This document shows, piece after piece, positions 51,488 to 61,024 of a DNA stretch of 64,000 nt. Position 1 is the stretch's first letter. Each line of letters begins with the position of its first letter. Source of the stretch: an uncultured Gammaproteobacteria bacterium (GTDB lineage Bacteria; Pseudomonadota; Gammaproteobacteria; Steroidobacterales; Steroidobacteraceae); the NCBI GenBank assembly GCA_963717335.1, contig CAVQVZ010000009.1, positions 7,063-71,062 on the forward strand, given 5' to 3'. Position numbers and translations under genes: made by a program. Under the pieces are notes generated by a model that saw only the letters and a list, made by a program, of their open reading frames with translations, was not told where the DNA came from and made no database searches.

Positions 51488-51748
51488 ATGGACCTGTTTT
51501 CACCCCGCCACCTGATCATCATCCTAGTGGTCGTATTGCTGGTGTTCGGCACCAAGAAGCTTCGCACCATCGGTTCGGACTTGGGCTCGGCCGTCCGGGG
51601 CTTCAAGAAATCGATGGGTGAGGGCGAGGACGAGCAGCAGCAGGCCGCCGCCCAGAAGCAACTTCCGACCGGCGCGGCCAAGGACGCCGAGTTCCCGGAA
51701 TCTACCACGGCGCGAGAGACTCCACGCCAGGAAGACCGGCGCGCCTGA
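51488..51748 (+). CDS. tatA: twin-arginine translocase TatA
   Basis: 86-aa ORF; ...[17 protein letters not shown]... Confidence 0.9.
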   Translation: MDLFSPRHLIIILVVVLLVFGTKKLRTIGSDLGSAVRGFKKSMGEGEDEQQQAAAQKQLPTGAAKDAEFPESTTARETPRQEDRRA

Positions 51749-51761
51749 ACCGGCGCTTGCG

Positions 51762-52094
51762 ATGTTCGATATCGGCTTTTCCGAGGTTCTGCTGATCTTC
51801 GGTCTGACGCTGGTCGTGCTGGGTCCCGACAAACTCCCGCACGTGGCGCGCACCGTCGGCCGGTGGGCCGGCCGGGCACGGGCGATGGCGCGCCAGTTCC
51901 GCGATCAGCTCGAGGCCGAAACCGACAACCTGAAGGTGGACCTGAACGTGTCGCCGCCGCCCGCGCCACCGCCGCAGCCCACGCCGGCACCTGCGCCTGC
52001 GCCGGAGTCCTCATCGGAATCTCCCGCCCCTGCCGCCCCGAGCTCACCGACCACGCACGATCAGAACAGCGCGCCGCATGACCGGGGAGAGTGA
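51762..52094 (+). CDS. tatB: twin-arginine translocase TatB
   Basis: ORF 51618..52094 trimmed to MFDIGFSEVLLIFGLTLVVLGPDKLP... Confidence 0.88.
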   Translation: MFDIGFSEVLLIFGLTLVVLGPDKLPHVARTVGRWAGRARAMARQFRDQLEAETDNLKVDLNVSPPPAPPPQPTPAPAPAPESSSESPAPAAPSSPTTHDQNSAPHDRGE

Positions 52095-52845
52095 ACCGCT
52101 CCTCGAGGGCACACTGATCTCGCATCTGCTCGAACTGCGCACGCGCTTGATGCGCGCGTTCATCGCGGTCATTTTGGTGTTCATTCCCCTGGCGTTCTAT
52201 TCGAACCAGCTGTTCGAGTGGCTCTCCCATCCGCTCCTGCAGCAACTGCCCGCCAACAGCATGCTGATCTCCACCAGCATCACCGCCCCCTTCACCACCC
52301 CGCTCAAGCTCTCCTTCGTGGCCGCGCTGGTGGTGGCGATGCCCTACGTGCTGTACGAACTGTGGGCGTTCGTGGCGCCCGGGCTCTACCGCCACGAGAA
52401 GAGCTTCGCGGTACCACTCCTGGTGTCCTCGGTCGTACTCTTTTATGTAGGCATCGCCTTTGCCTACTACATCGTCTTCCCGATGATCTTCGGCTTCTTC
52501 GTCAATACCACCCCGCGCGGTGTGCAGATGATGGCCGACATCTCGATGTACGTGGAATTCGTGCTGGTGCTGCTGTTCTCCTTCGGCATCGCCTTCGAAG
52601 TACCGGTGGCGGTCGTGCTGCTGGTGCTGATGGGCCTGGTGCCGCTGGAAAAACTGACCCGGATCCGGGGCTACGTGCTGATCGCGGTGTTCGTCATCGC
52701 CGCGATACTCACGCCCCCGGATGCCATATCGCAGACGGTGATGGCCGTACCCATGTACCTTCTGTACGAGGGCGGGATCCTGTTCGCACGCCTGGTGACG
52801 CGCGCCCGGGCCAAACAAGAAAATTCCCAGGGGGAAAGTCCATGA
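52078..52845 (+). CDS. tatC: twin-arginine translocase TatC
   Basis: 255-aa six-TM ORF; ...HLLELRTRL...ILTPPD... Confidence 0.93.
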   Translation: MTGESEPLLEGTLISHLLELRTRLMRAFIAVILVFIPLAFYSNQLFEWLSHPLLQQLPANSMLISTSITAPFTTPLKLSFVAALVVAMPYVLYELWAFVAPGLYRHEKSFAVPLLVSSVVLFYVGIAFAYYIVFPMIFGFFVNTTPRGVQMMADISMYVEFVLVLLFSFGIAFEVPVAVVLLVLMGLVPLEKLTRIRGYVLIAVFVIAAILTPPDAISQTVMAVPMYLLYEGGILFARLVTRARAKQENSQGESP

Positions 52846-54845
52846 GCAAGTCCACGCCCGTGCCGCTCGCACCGGCCGATGCCGTACGCACCGAACTGAC
52901 CATCCGCGGCCTTATCCTGGGCGTGCTGATCACCGTGGTGTTCACGGCCGCGAATGTCTACTTCGGGCTCAAGGCCGGCCTGACCTTCGCCACCTCGATC
53001 CCGGCCGCGGTGATCTCGATGGCGGTGCTCCGGGGGTTTCGGGGCATGACGATCCAGGAGAACAACATCGTCCAGACCGTCGCCTCGGCCGCCGGGACGC
53101 TCTCCTCGATTATTTTCGTGCTCCCGGGCCTGGTGATGATCGGCTGGTGGAGCGGATTCCCGTACTGGGAGTCTTTTGCGATCTGCGCTCTGGGCGGGAC
53201 GCTCGGGGTGTTGTACTCGATCCCGCTCCGTCGTGCGCTGGTCACGCAATCGGACCTGCCCTATCCGGAGGGCGTGGCCTGTGCCGAGGTGCTCAAGGTC
53301 GGGGGCGGCGAGCACGCCGATGCCGCCGCCGTGGGAGAGAGCCGCGCAGGACTGGCCGCGGTCGTGTGGGGCTCGATCGTATCGGCCACATTCGCCTGCA
53401 TCGTCGCCACGCGAGTGTTCGCGGGCGATGTGGTGCGTTTTTTCCGCATCGGGGGCGAAGGCGGGGGAGTGAGCGGCTTTGATTTCCTCCTGTCGTTCGC
53501 CTTGTTCGCGGTCGGGCACCTGGTGGGCCTGTGGGTGGGCGTCGCCATGCTGGTCGGTGCGCTGATCGGCTGGGGCTGGGGCGTGCCGCATTATTCGGCG
53601 CTGGCCGGCGGCGCCGATTCGATCGCCCATCTGGCGCTCGCCACCTGGAGCCACAAGGTGCGCTTCGTGGGCGCCGGCACCATCGGGGTGGCGGCCGTGT
53701 GGACGCTGGCGAAACTGGTCCGGCCCGTGATTGCGGGCCTCGCCTCGGCCATGGCCGCCTCGCGCGCGCGCGCGGCCGGCCAGGGGGCATTGCTCCCGCG
53801 CACCGAGCAGGACATCCCGATCGGCTGGGTCGGAGCGCTCTCGCTGATCTGCATGGTGCCGGTCGCGGGACTCCTGGTGCATTTCGTCAACATCAGCGGT
53901 CTGGCCGATCACATGTTGGTGCTGGTGGTGGGCGGGTTGATCTATATCGTGCTGATGAGCTTCTTCGTGTCGGCCGTGTGCGGCTACATGGCCGGGCTGA
54001 TTGGTTCCTCCAACAGCCCGCTCTCAGGAATCGGCATCCTCGTGGTGATCGGCGCCGCACTGCTCCTGGTGTTCGGCGTGCAGTCCCACATCGCCGTCAG
54101 CGGGCAGGGCGCGCTGGTGGCCTTTGCGCTGTTCGTCACGGCCGTCGTATTCGCGGTCGCGGCGATTGCGAACAACAACCTTCAGGACCTGAAGACGGGC
54201 CAGCTGGTCGACGCCACGCCCTGGAAGCAGCAGGTGGCGCTGGTCGTGGGCGTTTTGGCGGGCGCGGCGATCATCCCGCCCATCCTCGATTTGCTCAACC
54301 ATGCCTACGGTTTTGCGGGCGCGACCGGCGCCCACCATGAGCACCCGCTCCCCGCGCCGCAGGCCGGGCTGATCTCGGCACTGGCGCAAGGGGTCATCCA
54401 GAACAACGTGGACTGGAGCCTGATCCAGGTCGGGGCCCTGATTGGCGTATTCGTGATCGCCGCCGATGAAATCCTGCGCCGCACCACCAAGTCCGCGCAC
54501 CTCTCACCGCTGGCCGTGGGCCTGGGTATCTATCTGCCGACGCAGAGCACCCTGATGGTCGTGGTCGGTGCCGTCGCCGGCTGGTATTACGATCGCCGCG
54601 CCGAACGGGCGCCCAAAGCCGAGGCGCGCAAGCAGCTGGGCGTGCTGCTGGCCTCGGGCATGATCGTCGGGGAAGGCTTGGTCGGCGTGCTGCTGGCCGC
54701 CTTCGTCGCCTTCTCGGGCAAGGATTACCCGCTCGCGCTGGTCGGGGATGAATTTGCCGATCACGCCGCGGTGTGGATCGGTGGCGGAGCCTTCGTGCTC
54801 ATCGCGTTCCTGCTCTATCGCTGGATCGCGCGGGTGCGCTTCTGA
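52842..54845 (+). CDS. OPT family oligopeptide transporter
   Basis: ORF 52218..54845 trimmed to MSKSTPVPLAP... (ATGA overlap with the tatC stop); ...ELTIRGLILGVLITVVFTAANVYFGLKAGLTFATSIPAAVISM... Confidence 0.85.
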   Translation: MSKSTPVPLAPADAVRTELTIRGLILGVLITVVFTAANVYFGLKAGLTFATSIPAAVISMAVLRGFRGMTIQENNIVQTVASAAGTLSSIIFVLPGLVMIGWWSGFPYWESFAICALGGTLGVLYSIPLRRALVTQSDLPYPEGVACAEVLKVGGGEHADAAAVGESRAGLAAVVWGSIVSATFACIVATRVFAGDVVRFFRIGGEGGGVSGFDFLLSFALFAVGHLVGLWVGVAMLVGALIGWGWGVPHYSALAGGADSIAHLALATWSHKVRFVGAGTIGVAAVWTLAKLVRPVIAGLASAMAASRARAAGQGALLPRTEQDIPIGWVGALSLICMVPVAGLLVHFVNISGLADHMLVLVVGGLIYIVLMSFFVSAVCGYMAGLIGSSNSPLSGIGILVVIGAALLLVFGVQSHIAVSGQGALVAFALFVTAVVFAVAAIANNNLQDLKTGQLVDATPWKQQVALVVGVLAGAAIIPPILDLLNHAYGFAGATGAHHEHPLPAPQAGLISALAQGVIQNNVDWSLIQVGALIGVFVIAADEILRRTTKSAHLSPLAVGLGIYLPTQSTLMVVVGAVAGWYYDRRAERAPKAEARKQLGVLLASGMIVGEGLVGVLLAAFVAFSGKDYPLALVGDEFADHAAVWIGGGAFVLIAFLLYRWIARVRF

Positions 54846-54879
54846 GGCCGCGCGCTTCTGAGCCTTAGGGATTCTTAAA

Positions 54880-55368
54880 TTAACGAGTGCCCGGCAATTT
54901 CATCTGGCCAGGCTCCTTGCCGCTGGCGATCTGCTCCATGCACACCTTGAGGCGTGCCAGCGCCAGTCCCCACCCCGCCCGCAATCGGACAAAGATCGGC
55001 TCCCAGCGTTCCTCGAACGGAAACCCGGAGCCCAGGAGCCGCAGCACCGCAACGCCCTGCTCGGTATCGAGTATGAAATCATCGACGATCACCGCCTCAC
55101 CCTCCGGCGCGTCGGCGGGCGGCAGATAGATCAGCCGGAGCCGTCGCCCCGGATCGAACACATCGATCAGCGCCTCGCGTTCCATGTCGCCGTTCATGCG
55201 CACGTAAAAGTTGCCCCCGGAACGAGCGCTCACGCGCGCCCCGGGCCCGCACCACAGCGTCAGCAACGCAGGCTCGGTCAGGCCGCGCCACACCAGTTCG
55301 AGCGGAGCGTTGACATTGACCCGGTGCGCAAAGCCGCGGGTGCGCTCAGGCACGGTCCTTCCCGCCAC
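54880..55368 (-). CDS. SRPBCC (Aha1-like) domain protein
   Basis: 162-aa ORF; ...VNAPLELVWRGLTEPALLTLW... Confidence 0.7.
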   Translation of the reverse strand: MAGRTVPERTRGFAHRVNVNAPLELVWRGLTEPALLTLWCGPGARVSARSGGNFYVRMNGDMEREALIDVFDPGRRLRLIYLPPADAPEGEAVIVDDFILDTEQGVAVLRLLGSGFPFEERWEPIFVRLRAGWGLALARLKVCMEQIASGKEPGQMKLPGTR

Positions 55369-56005
55369 GCCGATGGTCGGCGATCATCACCCACAGGAGC
55401 GGCAGGAGCGAGAGGCCGATAATCGACAGCGTCACGATGCCGAAGTTATTTTTAACCAGCGGGAGGTTTCCAAACAGGAATCCACCGCACAGAAACGATC
55501 CCGCCCACGCCACCGCGCCCAGCACGTTGAAGAGCTGGAAACGACCCTCCGGCATCCGGCTGATCCCCGCCACGAACGGCATGAAGGTGCGCACCACCGG
55601 CATGAAACGCGAAATTGCGATCGCGAACCCGCCGTGACGCAGGAAAAACCCTTCCGCGCGCTTGAGGTGCTCGAGCTTGAAGAAGCGATGCTTGCCACTG
55701 AAGGCGCGCCGCCCCACGTATCGTCCGATGTGATAGTTGAGGGTATTGCCGGCGATCGCCGCGAACGACAGCAGCAGCAGGAGCCAGGACAGGTGCAGCG
55801 TGTGGGTGGTATCCACGGCGGCCAGCGCACCGCAGCCGAACAGCAGCGAGTCGCCGGGCAGGAACGGGGTCACCACCAGTCCGGTCTCGGCGAAGATGAT
55901 CAGGAACAGCAGCGCGTAGATCCAAAGATCGTAGCGCGCCACGAGCTCGACCAGGTGGCGATCCAGGTGCAGCACGACGTCGGAGAGCCAGTGCAGGGCG
56001 GTCAT
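55346..56005 (-). CDS. DedA family membrane protein
   Basis: 219-aa ORF; ...AETGLVVTPFLPGDSLLF... motif. Confidence 0.88.
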   Translation of the reverse strand: MTALHWLSDVVLHLDRHLVELVARYDLWIYALLFLIIFAETGLVVTPFLPGDSLLFGCGALAAVDTTHTLHLSWLLLLLSFAAIAGNTLNYHIGRYVGRRAFSGKHRFFKLEHLKRAEGFFLRHGGFAIAISRFMPVVRTFMPFVAGISRMPEGRFQLFNVLGAVAWAGSFLCGGFLFGNLPLVKNNFGIVTLSIIGLSLLPLLWVMIADHRRGGKDRA

Positions 56006-56106
56006 GGATCAGATCCGCACCCGAGGCAAGCCGTAAGTGCCCGCTCTCGCACCGGCCAGCAATGGATTTTCCAAGGGGCTCCGCACCGCACGCATGCGGA
56101 CGGATA

Positions 56107-58389
56107 CTACATGGCCTGAGCGATGGGAGAAGCCTCGCCTACATCAATATTTTCCAGCGGGGCGTCGGTGACCGCCGCATACAGCGGGAGCTGCTCGAGC
56201 ACATCCGCGATGGGCACCGGTTTCCCGATGGCGAAGCCCTGGCCGTAGTCCACGCCGAGCTTGGCAATGCTGTAGCGGATCTCGTCGGTTTCCACGTATT
56301 CGGCCACCGTGGTCAGTGCCATGGCGCGCGCCAGCTGCGCGATCGCCTGGATCGTGGATTCGGCTTTCGGGTCCTTCAGCACGTCGCGCACAAAGCTCCC
56401 GTCGATCTTGAGCATCGAGATGGGCAGGGAACGAAGATACGCGAGGGAGCTCAGGCCGGTGCCGAAATCATCCAGCGCGATACCGCAACCCAATTTGCGA
56501 AGGCGCCGCATCAGCCGGTCGGCGTGGCTTAGGTTTCCGACCGCCGCGCTCTCGGTCAGCTCGAAGCACAGCGCCGCCGGATTGATGCCGCTTTCGATGA
56601 TCTGCTTTTCCAGGAAATCGGTAAAGGCATCGTCCTTGAGAGACTGGCCGTCGCAGTTGATCGTGAACACGATGCCGCTGTGGGCCAGCAGATCGGCATG
56701 GGGCTTAAGCGCGCTGAGCGCCTCGGTCACCACCCAGCGGTCGATCTCGGGCATGAGCTGATAGCGGTGCGCCGCCGACATGAAGTGACCCGGGCCCACG
56801 GTCTCTTTCTGCGCATCGGTCATGCGCAGCAGCAGTTCAAAGTGGGGCCTGCTCTTGGAGGCACCCAGCGGCAGGAGCACCTGTGCGTACAGGTGCAAGC
56901 GCCCGTCGGTGATGGCGGCGCGTAGGTCGGTGATCACGTTGATGTCCGCAAAGCGCCTGATCAGGCTCTCATCCGCCTCCTGGAAGATCTCCACGCGGTT
57001 GCGGCCCCGATCATTGGCGGTCTTGCAGGCGGTTTCCGCGGCCGCGAAGGCGTGGGTGAATTCCTGCGCGCGCGGTTCGATCACCGCCACGCCGACGCTG
57101 ATCGAGACGATCAGGGTGCCATCTCCAATCCCGCTCCCGAGCGATTCGGCCCCTTGCCGGAGCGATTCCGCAAAGCTTGCCGCATCGTCCAGGCCGATCG
57201 GCAACAGCACCGCGAACCTATCCCCGGAAATGCGCGCGGCCAGCGCGCCCGGCGGCAGGCGATTGCGGATCAGCTCTCCCAGCTGGGCGATGACTTTGTC
57301 GCCCACGTGCATGCCGTAGTTGTCGTTGATGACGTGCATGCGGTTGGTGTCGATCGCCAGCGCACTCCACCAGCGCTTGGCGCTGTCGGTGTGGCGCAGC
57401 GTGCTTTGCACGCGGTGTTCGAAGGCGGGCCGGTTGAGGAGGCCGGTCAGGCCATCGTAGCTTCCGGCAATGACCGTGGCCACCCGCTGCGAGAGCAGTT
57501 CGGTGAGCCGCGCCTGGCGCGGAGTGAATTCGGGCATGCTCAAGGGTCGAAACAGCGCCAGCACGCCGATCGCCCGCTCATCGGAACGCGTGATCGGGCA
57601 GGACAGGACGCGGTAGGAATGGGTGTCATTCCCGGCCTTGAGCTTCATGTTGTTGACGATGACCGGCTCGCGGCTCAGCTGCGCGGTGGACATCAGGTGT
57701 CGGTGAGCGCGCGCGACCAGGCTCGCATCGATGGAGTGCTTGGGCTCGCGTCTCACCATCACCAGACCCTTGTCCGGCACGATGATCGCCACAAGTCCGG
57801 CCTGGATGCGCTCGACCGCCGCGCGCAGGATGGCCTTCAGTTCATCCCCGCCCCCATCCTCGCTCGCCGAGTCTGCGGCGCTGACCGAAAGGAGCATGTC
57901 CAGATCGCCGTCCTGCTCGGCGAGCGAGCCGTGCAGGTTCTTGATCTGGTCCTTGTTCATCAGCTCACGCGCCAGGATTTCCAGCGCCGGACGGACCAGG
58001 GCATAGACGAAGGCCACGGTGCGCTGATCGGACTGCGAGCCCGCCTTGCAACGCAGCAGCACGGCCGCGCGTGGCGGTGTCGGGGCGCTCGCGCTGCCGC
58101 GCCCCAGCCAGAAGATGTACATCGGCTCCCCGTCGTTGACCAGCACGCCCGGCGTGGCCGGATCCTGGCAGGCGGTTTGCATCGAGTCGGTGATTAATTT
58201 CTGCAGCCCGGTGTTGGCCACCATATCGTTCGACCAGATCAGTTCACCGGCCGCGTCAAACAGCGACACGCCGCTCAGACGCGGAAGGAGCGCACGGAGC
58301 AGCCGCGTATAGGCCTCGTAGTCGGCCGCCGCCTCGCCCGCCTCTGGTGTCGCAGTGTCTGAATTCATGGGGTGAATTGCCACGGGCAA
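56107..58389 (-). CDS. signalling protein with degenerate GGDEF and conserved EAL domain
   Basis: 760-aa ORF (start uncertain; alternative Met at 58368). It has ...RISGDRFAVLL... in place of GGDEF. EAL-domain motifs ELLLR, FELTES, DDFGTG, KIDGSF, EYVET and QGF are present. Confidence 0.85.
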   Translation of the reverse strand: MPVAIHPMNSDTATPEAGEAAADYEAYTRLLRALLPRLSGVSLFDAAGELIWSNDMVANTGLQKLITDSMQTACQDPATPGVLVNDGEPMYIFWLGRGSASAPTPPRAAVLLRCKAGSQSDQRTVAFVYALVRPALEILARELMNKDQIKNLHGSLAEQDGDLDMLLSVSAADSASEDGGGDELKAILRAAVERIQAGLVAIIVPDKGLVMVRREPKHSIDASLVARAHRHLMSTAQLSREPVIVNNMKLKAGNDTHSYRVLSCPITRSDERAIGVLALFRPLSMPEFTPRQARLTELLSQRVATVIAGSYDGLTGLLNRPAFEHRVQSTLRHTDSAKRWWSALAIDTNRMHVINDNYGMHVGDKVIAQLGELIRNRLPPGALAARISGDRFAVLLPIGLDDAASFAESLRQGAESLGSGIGDGTLIVSISVGVAVIEPRAQEFTHAFAAAETACKTANDRGRNRVEIFQEADESLIRRFADINVITDLRAAITDGRLHLYAQVLLPLGASKSRPHFELLLRMTDAQKETVGPGHFMSAAHRYQLMPEIDRWVVTEALSALKPHADLLAHSGIVFTINCDGQSLKDDAFTDFLEKQIIESGINPAALCFELTESAAVGNLSHADRLMRRLRKLGCGIALDDFGTGLSSLAYLRSLPISMLKIDGSFVRDVLKDPKAESTIQAIAQLARAMALTTVAEYVETDEIRYSIAKLGVDYGQGFAIGKPVPIADVLEQLPLYAAVTDAPLENIDVGEASPIAQAM

Positions 58390-58511
58390 GCATCGTGCAA
58401 AGCACCGCGCGTGACCTTGACCGGGTTCGCGCTTTAGTCAAATAGGGTAAAACTGATTAGGCACCGCGCGCGCCCTCAATATGTGACACGGGTCACAGCC
58501 CCGCTTGGGCC

Positions 58512-59678
58512 TCAAGGACGGCGCTGGCGAAACCAGGGGCGCGGGTCGATCGGCTTGCCGCCGCGGCGGATTTCGAAGTACAGCTGGGGTTCCGGACGCC
58601 CGCCGCTGTCGCCTGCCGAGGCGATGACATCGCCGGCGGCCACCGACTCGCCCGCGGAACGGCGCAGCTGGTCGTTGTAGCCATACAGGCTCAGGTACCC
58701 CGAACCGTGATCGACGATCGTCAGCAGGCCCAGTCCCGGTAGCCAGTCGGCGTAGATCACGCGCCCGGCGGCCACCGCGTGCACCGGGGCGGCGCGTTCG
58801 GTGGACACCACCATGCCGTCCCAGTCGACCCCGCTGGCGCGCGCCTCACCGTAACTGGCCACGATGCGCCCGGCGACCGGCCAGTCGAGCCGGCCGCGCA
58901 GGCGACCGAAGCCCGAGCCCTCATCGATCGGCGCGCTCGGCGGCACGGCACGCGCCAGTTCACGCAACAGGTGTTCTAGGTCCGCCTGCTGCGCGCGAAG
59001 GCGCGTCAGGCTCGCCTGGCGCGAGCGCGCCTCGAGCTGCAGGTTGCTGAGCGCGCTCTGGCGCTGCGAACGGCCGGTTTGCAGCTGCGCGAGCCGTTCC
59101 TGCTTGGCCAGGTGCAGTTGCGCCAGCGCTTTTTCCTGCTCGGCGAGCGCCGCATCCAGTTCATCGATGCGCTTGACCTGCTGCGCGATCCCCTCGATCT
59201 GCGCCGCGCGCGCGCGACCGAAATATCCGTACCAGGTGAACATGCGCGCGACGGCGGCTGGATCGCGCTGGTTGAGCAGAAGCTGCATCGGTTCATGGCG
59301 GCCGATCTGGTAGGCGACCTGCAGCTGGGTGGCGAGGCTGTCCCGTTCGCGCACCAGTGAGGCGCTGATGCGCTCTCGCTCCTCGGAGAGCTGCGTGCGC
59401 TGCGCGCCGTGCGCGGCTTCCTGCGAGCGCAGCGCGTCCAGATCCGATTGGGCCGAGGCGACCGCCAGTTCCGCGGTGCGCAGATTCCGCGCCAGGCGGT
59501 CCTTTTCCACGGCATCGCGCCCGACGTCGCGGGTGACGCGCTCGATGCGCTCCTTGAGCGCCCGAAGCTGCGCCTGTGTGCGGTCGGCCGAGGGCGTGGC
59601 CGCGGGCGCCCGCCCCGGTCCAAAGGGCCAGGAGAGCAGCAATATCAGCAGGATAATCAGTGGGCGCGGCGGTGCCAT
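58512..59678 (-). CDS. EnvC-like coiled-coil + M23/LytM domain protein
   Basis: 388-aa ORF with a signal peptide, a long Q/A/R/L coiled coil and C-terminal ...LLTIVDHGSGYLSLYGY...LYFEIR... Confidence 0.85.
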   Translation of the reverse strand: MAPPRPLIILLILLLSWPFGPGRAPAATPSADRTQAQLRALKERIERVTRDVGRDAVEKDRLARNLRTAELAVASAQSDLDALRSQEAAHGAQRTQLSEERERISASLVRERDSLATQLQVAYQIGRHEPMQLLLNQRDPAAVARMFTWYGYFGRARAAQIEGIAQQVKRIDELDAALAEQEKALAQLHLAKQERLAQLQTGRSQRQSALSNLQLEARSRQASLTRLRAQQADLEHLLRELARAVPPSAPIDEGSGFGRLRGRLDWPVAGRIVASYGEARASGVDWDGMVVSTERAAPVHAVAAGRVIYADWLPGLGLLTIVDHGSGYLSLYGYNDQLRRSAGESVAAGDVIASAGDSGGRPEPQLYFEIRRGGKPIDPRPWFRQRRP

Positions 59679-59765
59679 ACGGAAAAGTCTATCGCAGCGA
59701 GGCTATAATGCGCGGCCCGCTTCAACGCGGTGCCAGTCTAACGCCCCGGACCCCAAAGCCCATCC

Positions 59766-60188
59766 ATGCAGCGCCTGCTCGAATACACCTCCCATCACAC
59801 GCTCCTGAGCCTGCTGGCCGTGGCCGCGGTCATCGGCGTGCTGATCTACGAGTTGCGCGAGCGGGCCCAGCGCGCGGGCGCGGTCTCACCCCAGGACGCG
59901 GTGCGGCTGATGAACCAAGGGGCGGCGCTCCTGGACGTGCGCGCGAGCGAGGAGTACGCAGCAGGTCACATCCGCGGTGCCCGAAGTCTTCCGCTCGAGC
60001 GACTGAGCGAGGGGCTGGACAGCCTCAAGCGCTACAAGGACAAACCGGTCATCGTCTATTGCGAGCGCGGCCCCAGCGCGAGCTCGGCCATTCGCCAGAT
60101 GGCGCAGCAGGGTTTCGGCAAGGTGGTCAACCTGCGCGGCGGCCTGAGCGCCTGGCGCGCCGAGCAGCTCCCGGTGGCGCGCGATTAG
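59766..60188 (+). CDS. membrane-anchored rhodanese (YibN-like)
   Basis: 140-aa ORF with a TM helix, then ...LLDVRASEEYAAGHIRGA...VIVYCERGPSA... Confidence 0.85.
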   Translation: MQRLLEYTSHHTLLSLLAVAAVIGVLIYELRERAQRAGAVSPQDAVRLMNQGAALLDVRASEEYAAGHIRGARSLPLERLSEGLDSLKRYKDKPVIVYCERGPSASSAIRQMAQQGFGKVVNLRGGLSAWRAEQLPVARD

Positions 60189-60229
60189 ACCGGCGGCGTC
60201 GAGGCGCTTTCGTTCATCCCCCGCCGATC

Positions 60230-60490
60230 ATGGCCGCACCCAAAATTGAAATGTATGCCACCTCCTGGTGCCCGTACTGCGAGTACGCTCGCACACTGCT
60301 GCGCAACAAGGGCGTGCAGTTCGAGGAAATCAGCCTGGAAGAACATCCCGAGCGCCGCGCGGAAATGATCAAGCGGAGCGGTCGTCACACCGTGCCGCAG
60401 ATTTTTATCGGCGAACGACACATCGGCGGCTCGGATGACCTGGCGGAGCTGGACGCCGAGGGCGGACTCGACCCGCTCCTGGCCGGCTGA
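60230..60490 (+). CDS. grxC: glutaredoxin 3
   Basis: MAAPKIEMYATSWCPYCEYARTLL...TVPQIFIGERHIGGSDDL... Confidence 0.92.
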   Translation: MAAPKIEMYATSWCPYCEYARTLLRNKGVQFEEISLEEHPERRAEMIKRSGRHTVPQIFIGERHIGGSDDLAELDAEGGLDPLLAG

Positions 60491-60545
60491 ACGTTTCGCG
60501 GCAACAGTACATTCGCCTGCAACTACCCTTAAGGAAATCCCAACG

Positions 60546-61022
60546 ATGAGCATTGAAGCCCCACCACCGGCCAACGAGGCCGCCGCCGGCGCCGGAATCA
60601 CACTGACCATGCAGGCGGTCTACCTGAAGGATTGCTCGTTCGAGGCCCCGCAGGGCCCGCGCATCAGCGGGGAGTGGAGCCCGCAGATCGGCCTGGACAT
60701 CAATACCGCGGTCAGCAACATCACCGGCGACCTGCACGAGGTGCTGCTCACGGTGACGGTGTCGGCGAAGCAGGGCGAGCAGACGATGTTTCTCGCCGAG
60801 GTCAAGCAGGCCGGCGCGTTCCTGATGCAGAACCTGTCCGAGCCCGATTTTCGGCGTGCGGTGGGTGTGGTTTGTCCGGGCGTGTTGTTTCCCTACGCCC
60901 GCGCGGTGGTCTCTCACCTGGTCAGTCAGGGCGGTTTCCCGCAATTGCTGCTGCCGCCGGTCAACTTCGAGATGTTGTTCGCCGCGGGCGCCAACCAGGC
61001 CAGCGGCGTGGCCACAAACTGA
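60546..61022 (+). CDS. secB: protein-export chaperone SecB
   Basis: ORF trimmed to MSIEAPPPANE...; ...LTMQAVYLKDCSFEAP...LFPYARAVVSHLVSQGGFPQLLLPPVNF... Confidence 0.9.
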   Translation: MSIEAPPPANEAAAGAGITLTMQAVYLKDCSFEAPQGPRISGEWSPQIGLDINTAVSNITGDLHEVLLTVTVSAKQGEQTMFLAEVKQAGAFLMQNLSEPDFRRAVGVVCPGVLFPYARAVVSHLVSQGGFPQLLLPPVNFEMLFAAGANQASGVATN

Positions 61023-61024
61023 CC

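Noticed and set aside
54836-54862. Direct repeat gcgcttctgag x2 at the OPT stop codon, with a similar cgcgcttctg after the stop of the S9-like gene (50210-50220).
   Set aside because: The match is very short and GC-rich with no associated structure. It is probably a small slippage duplication or a coincidence.
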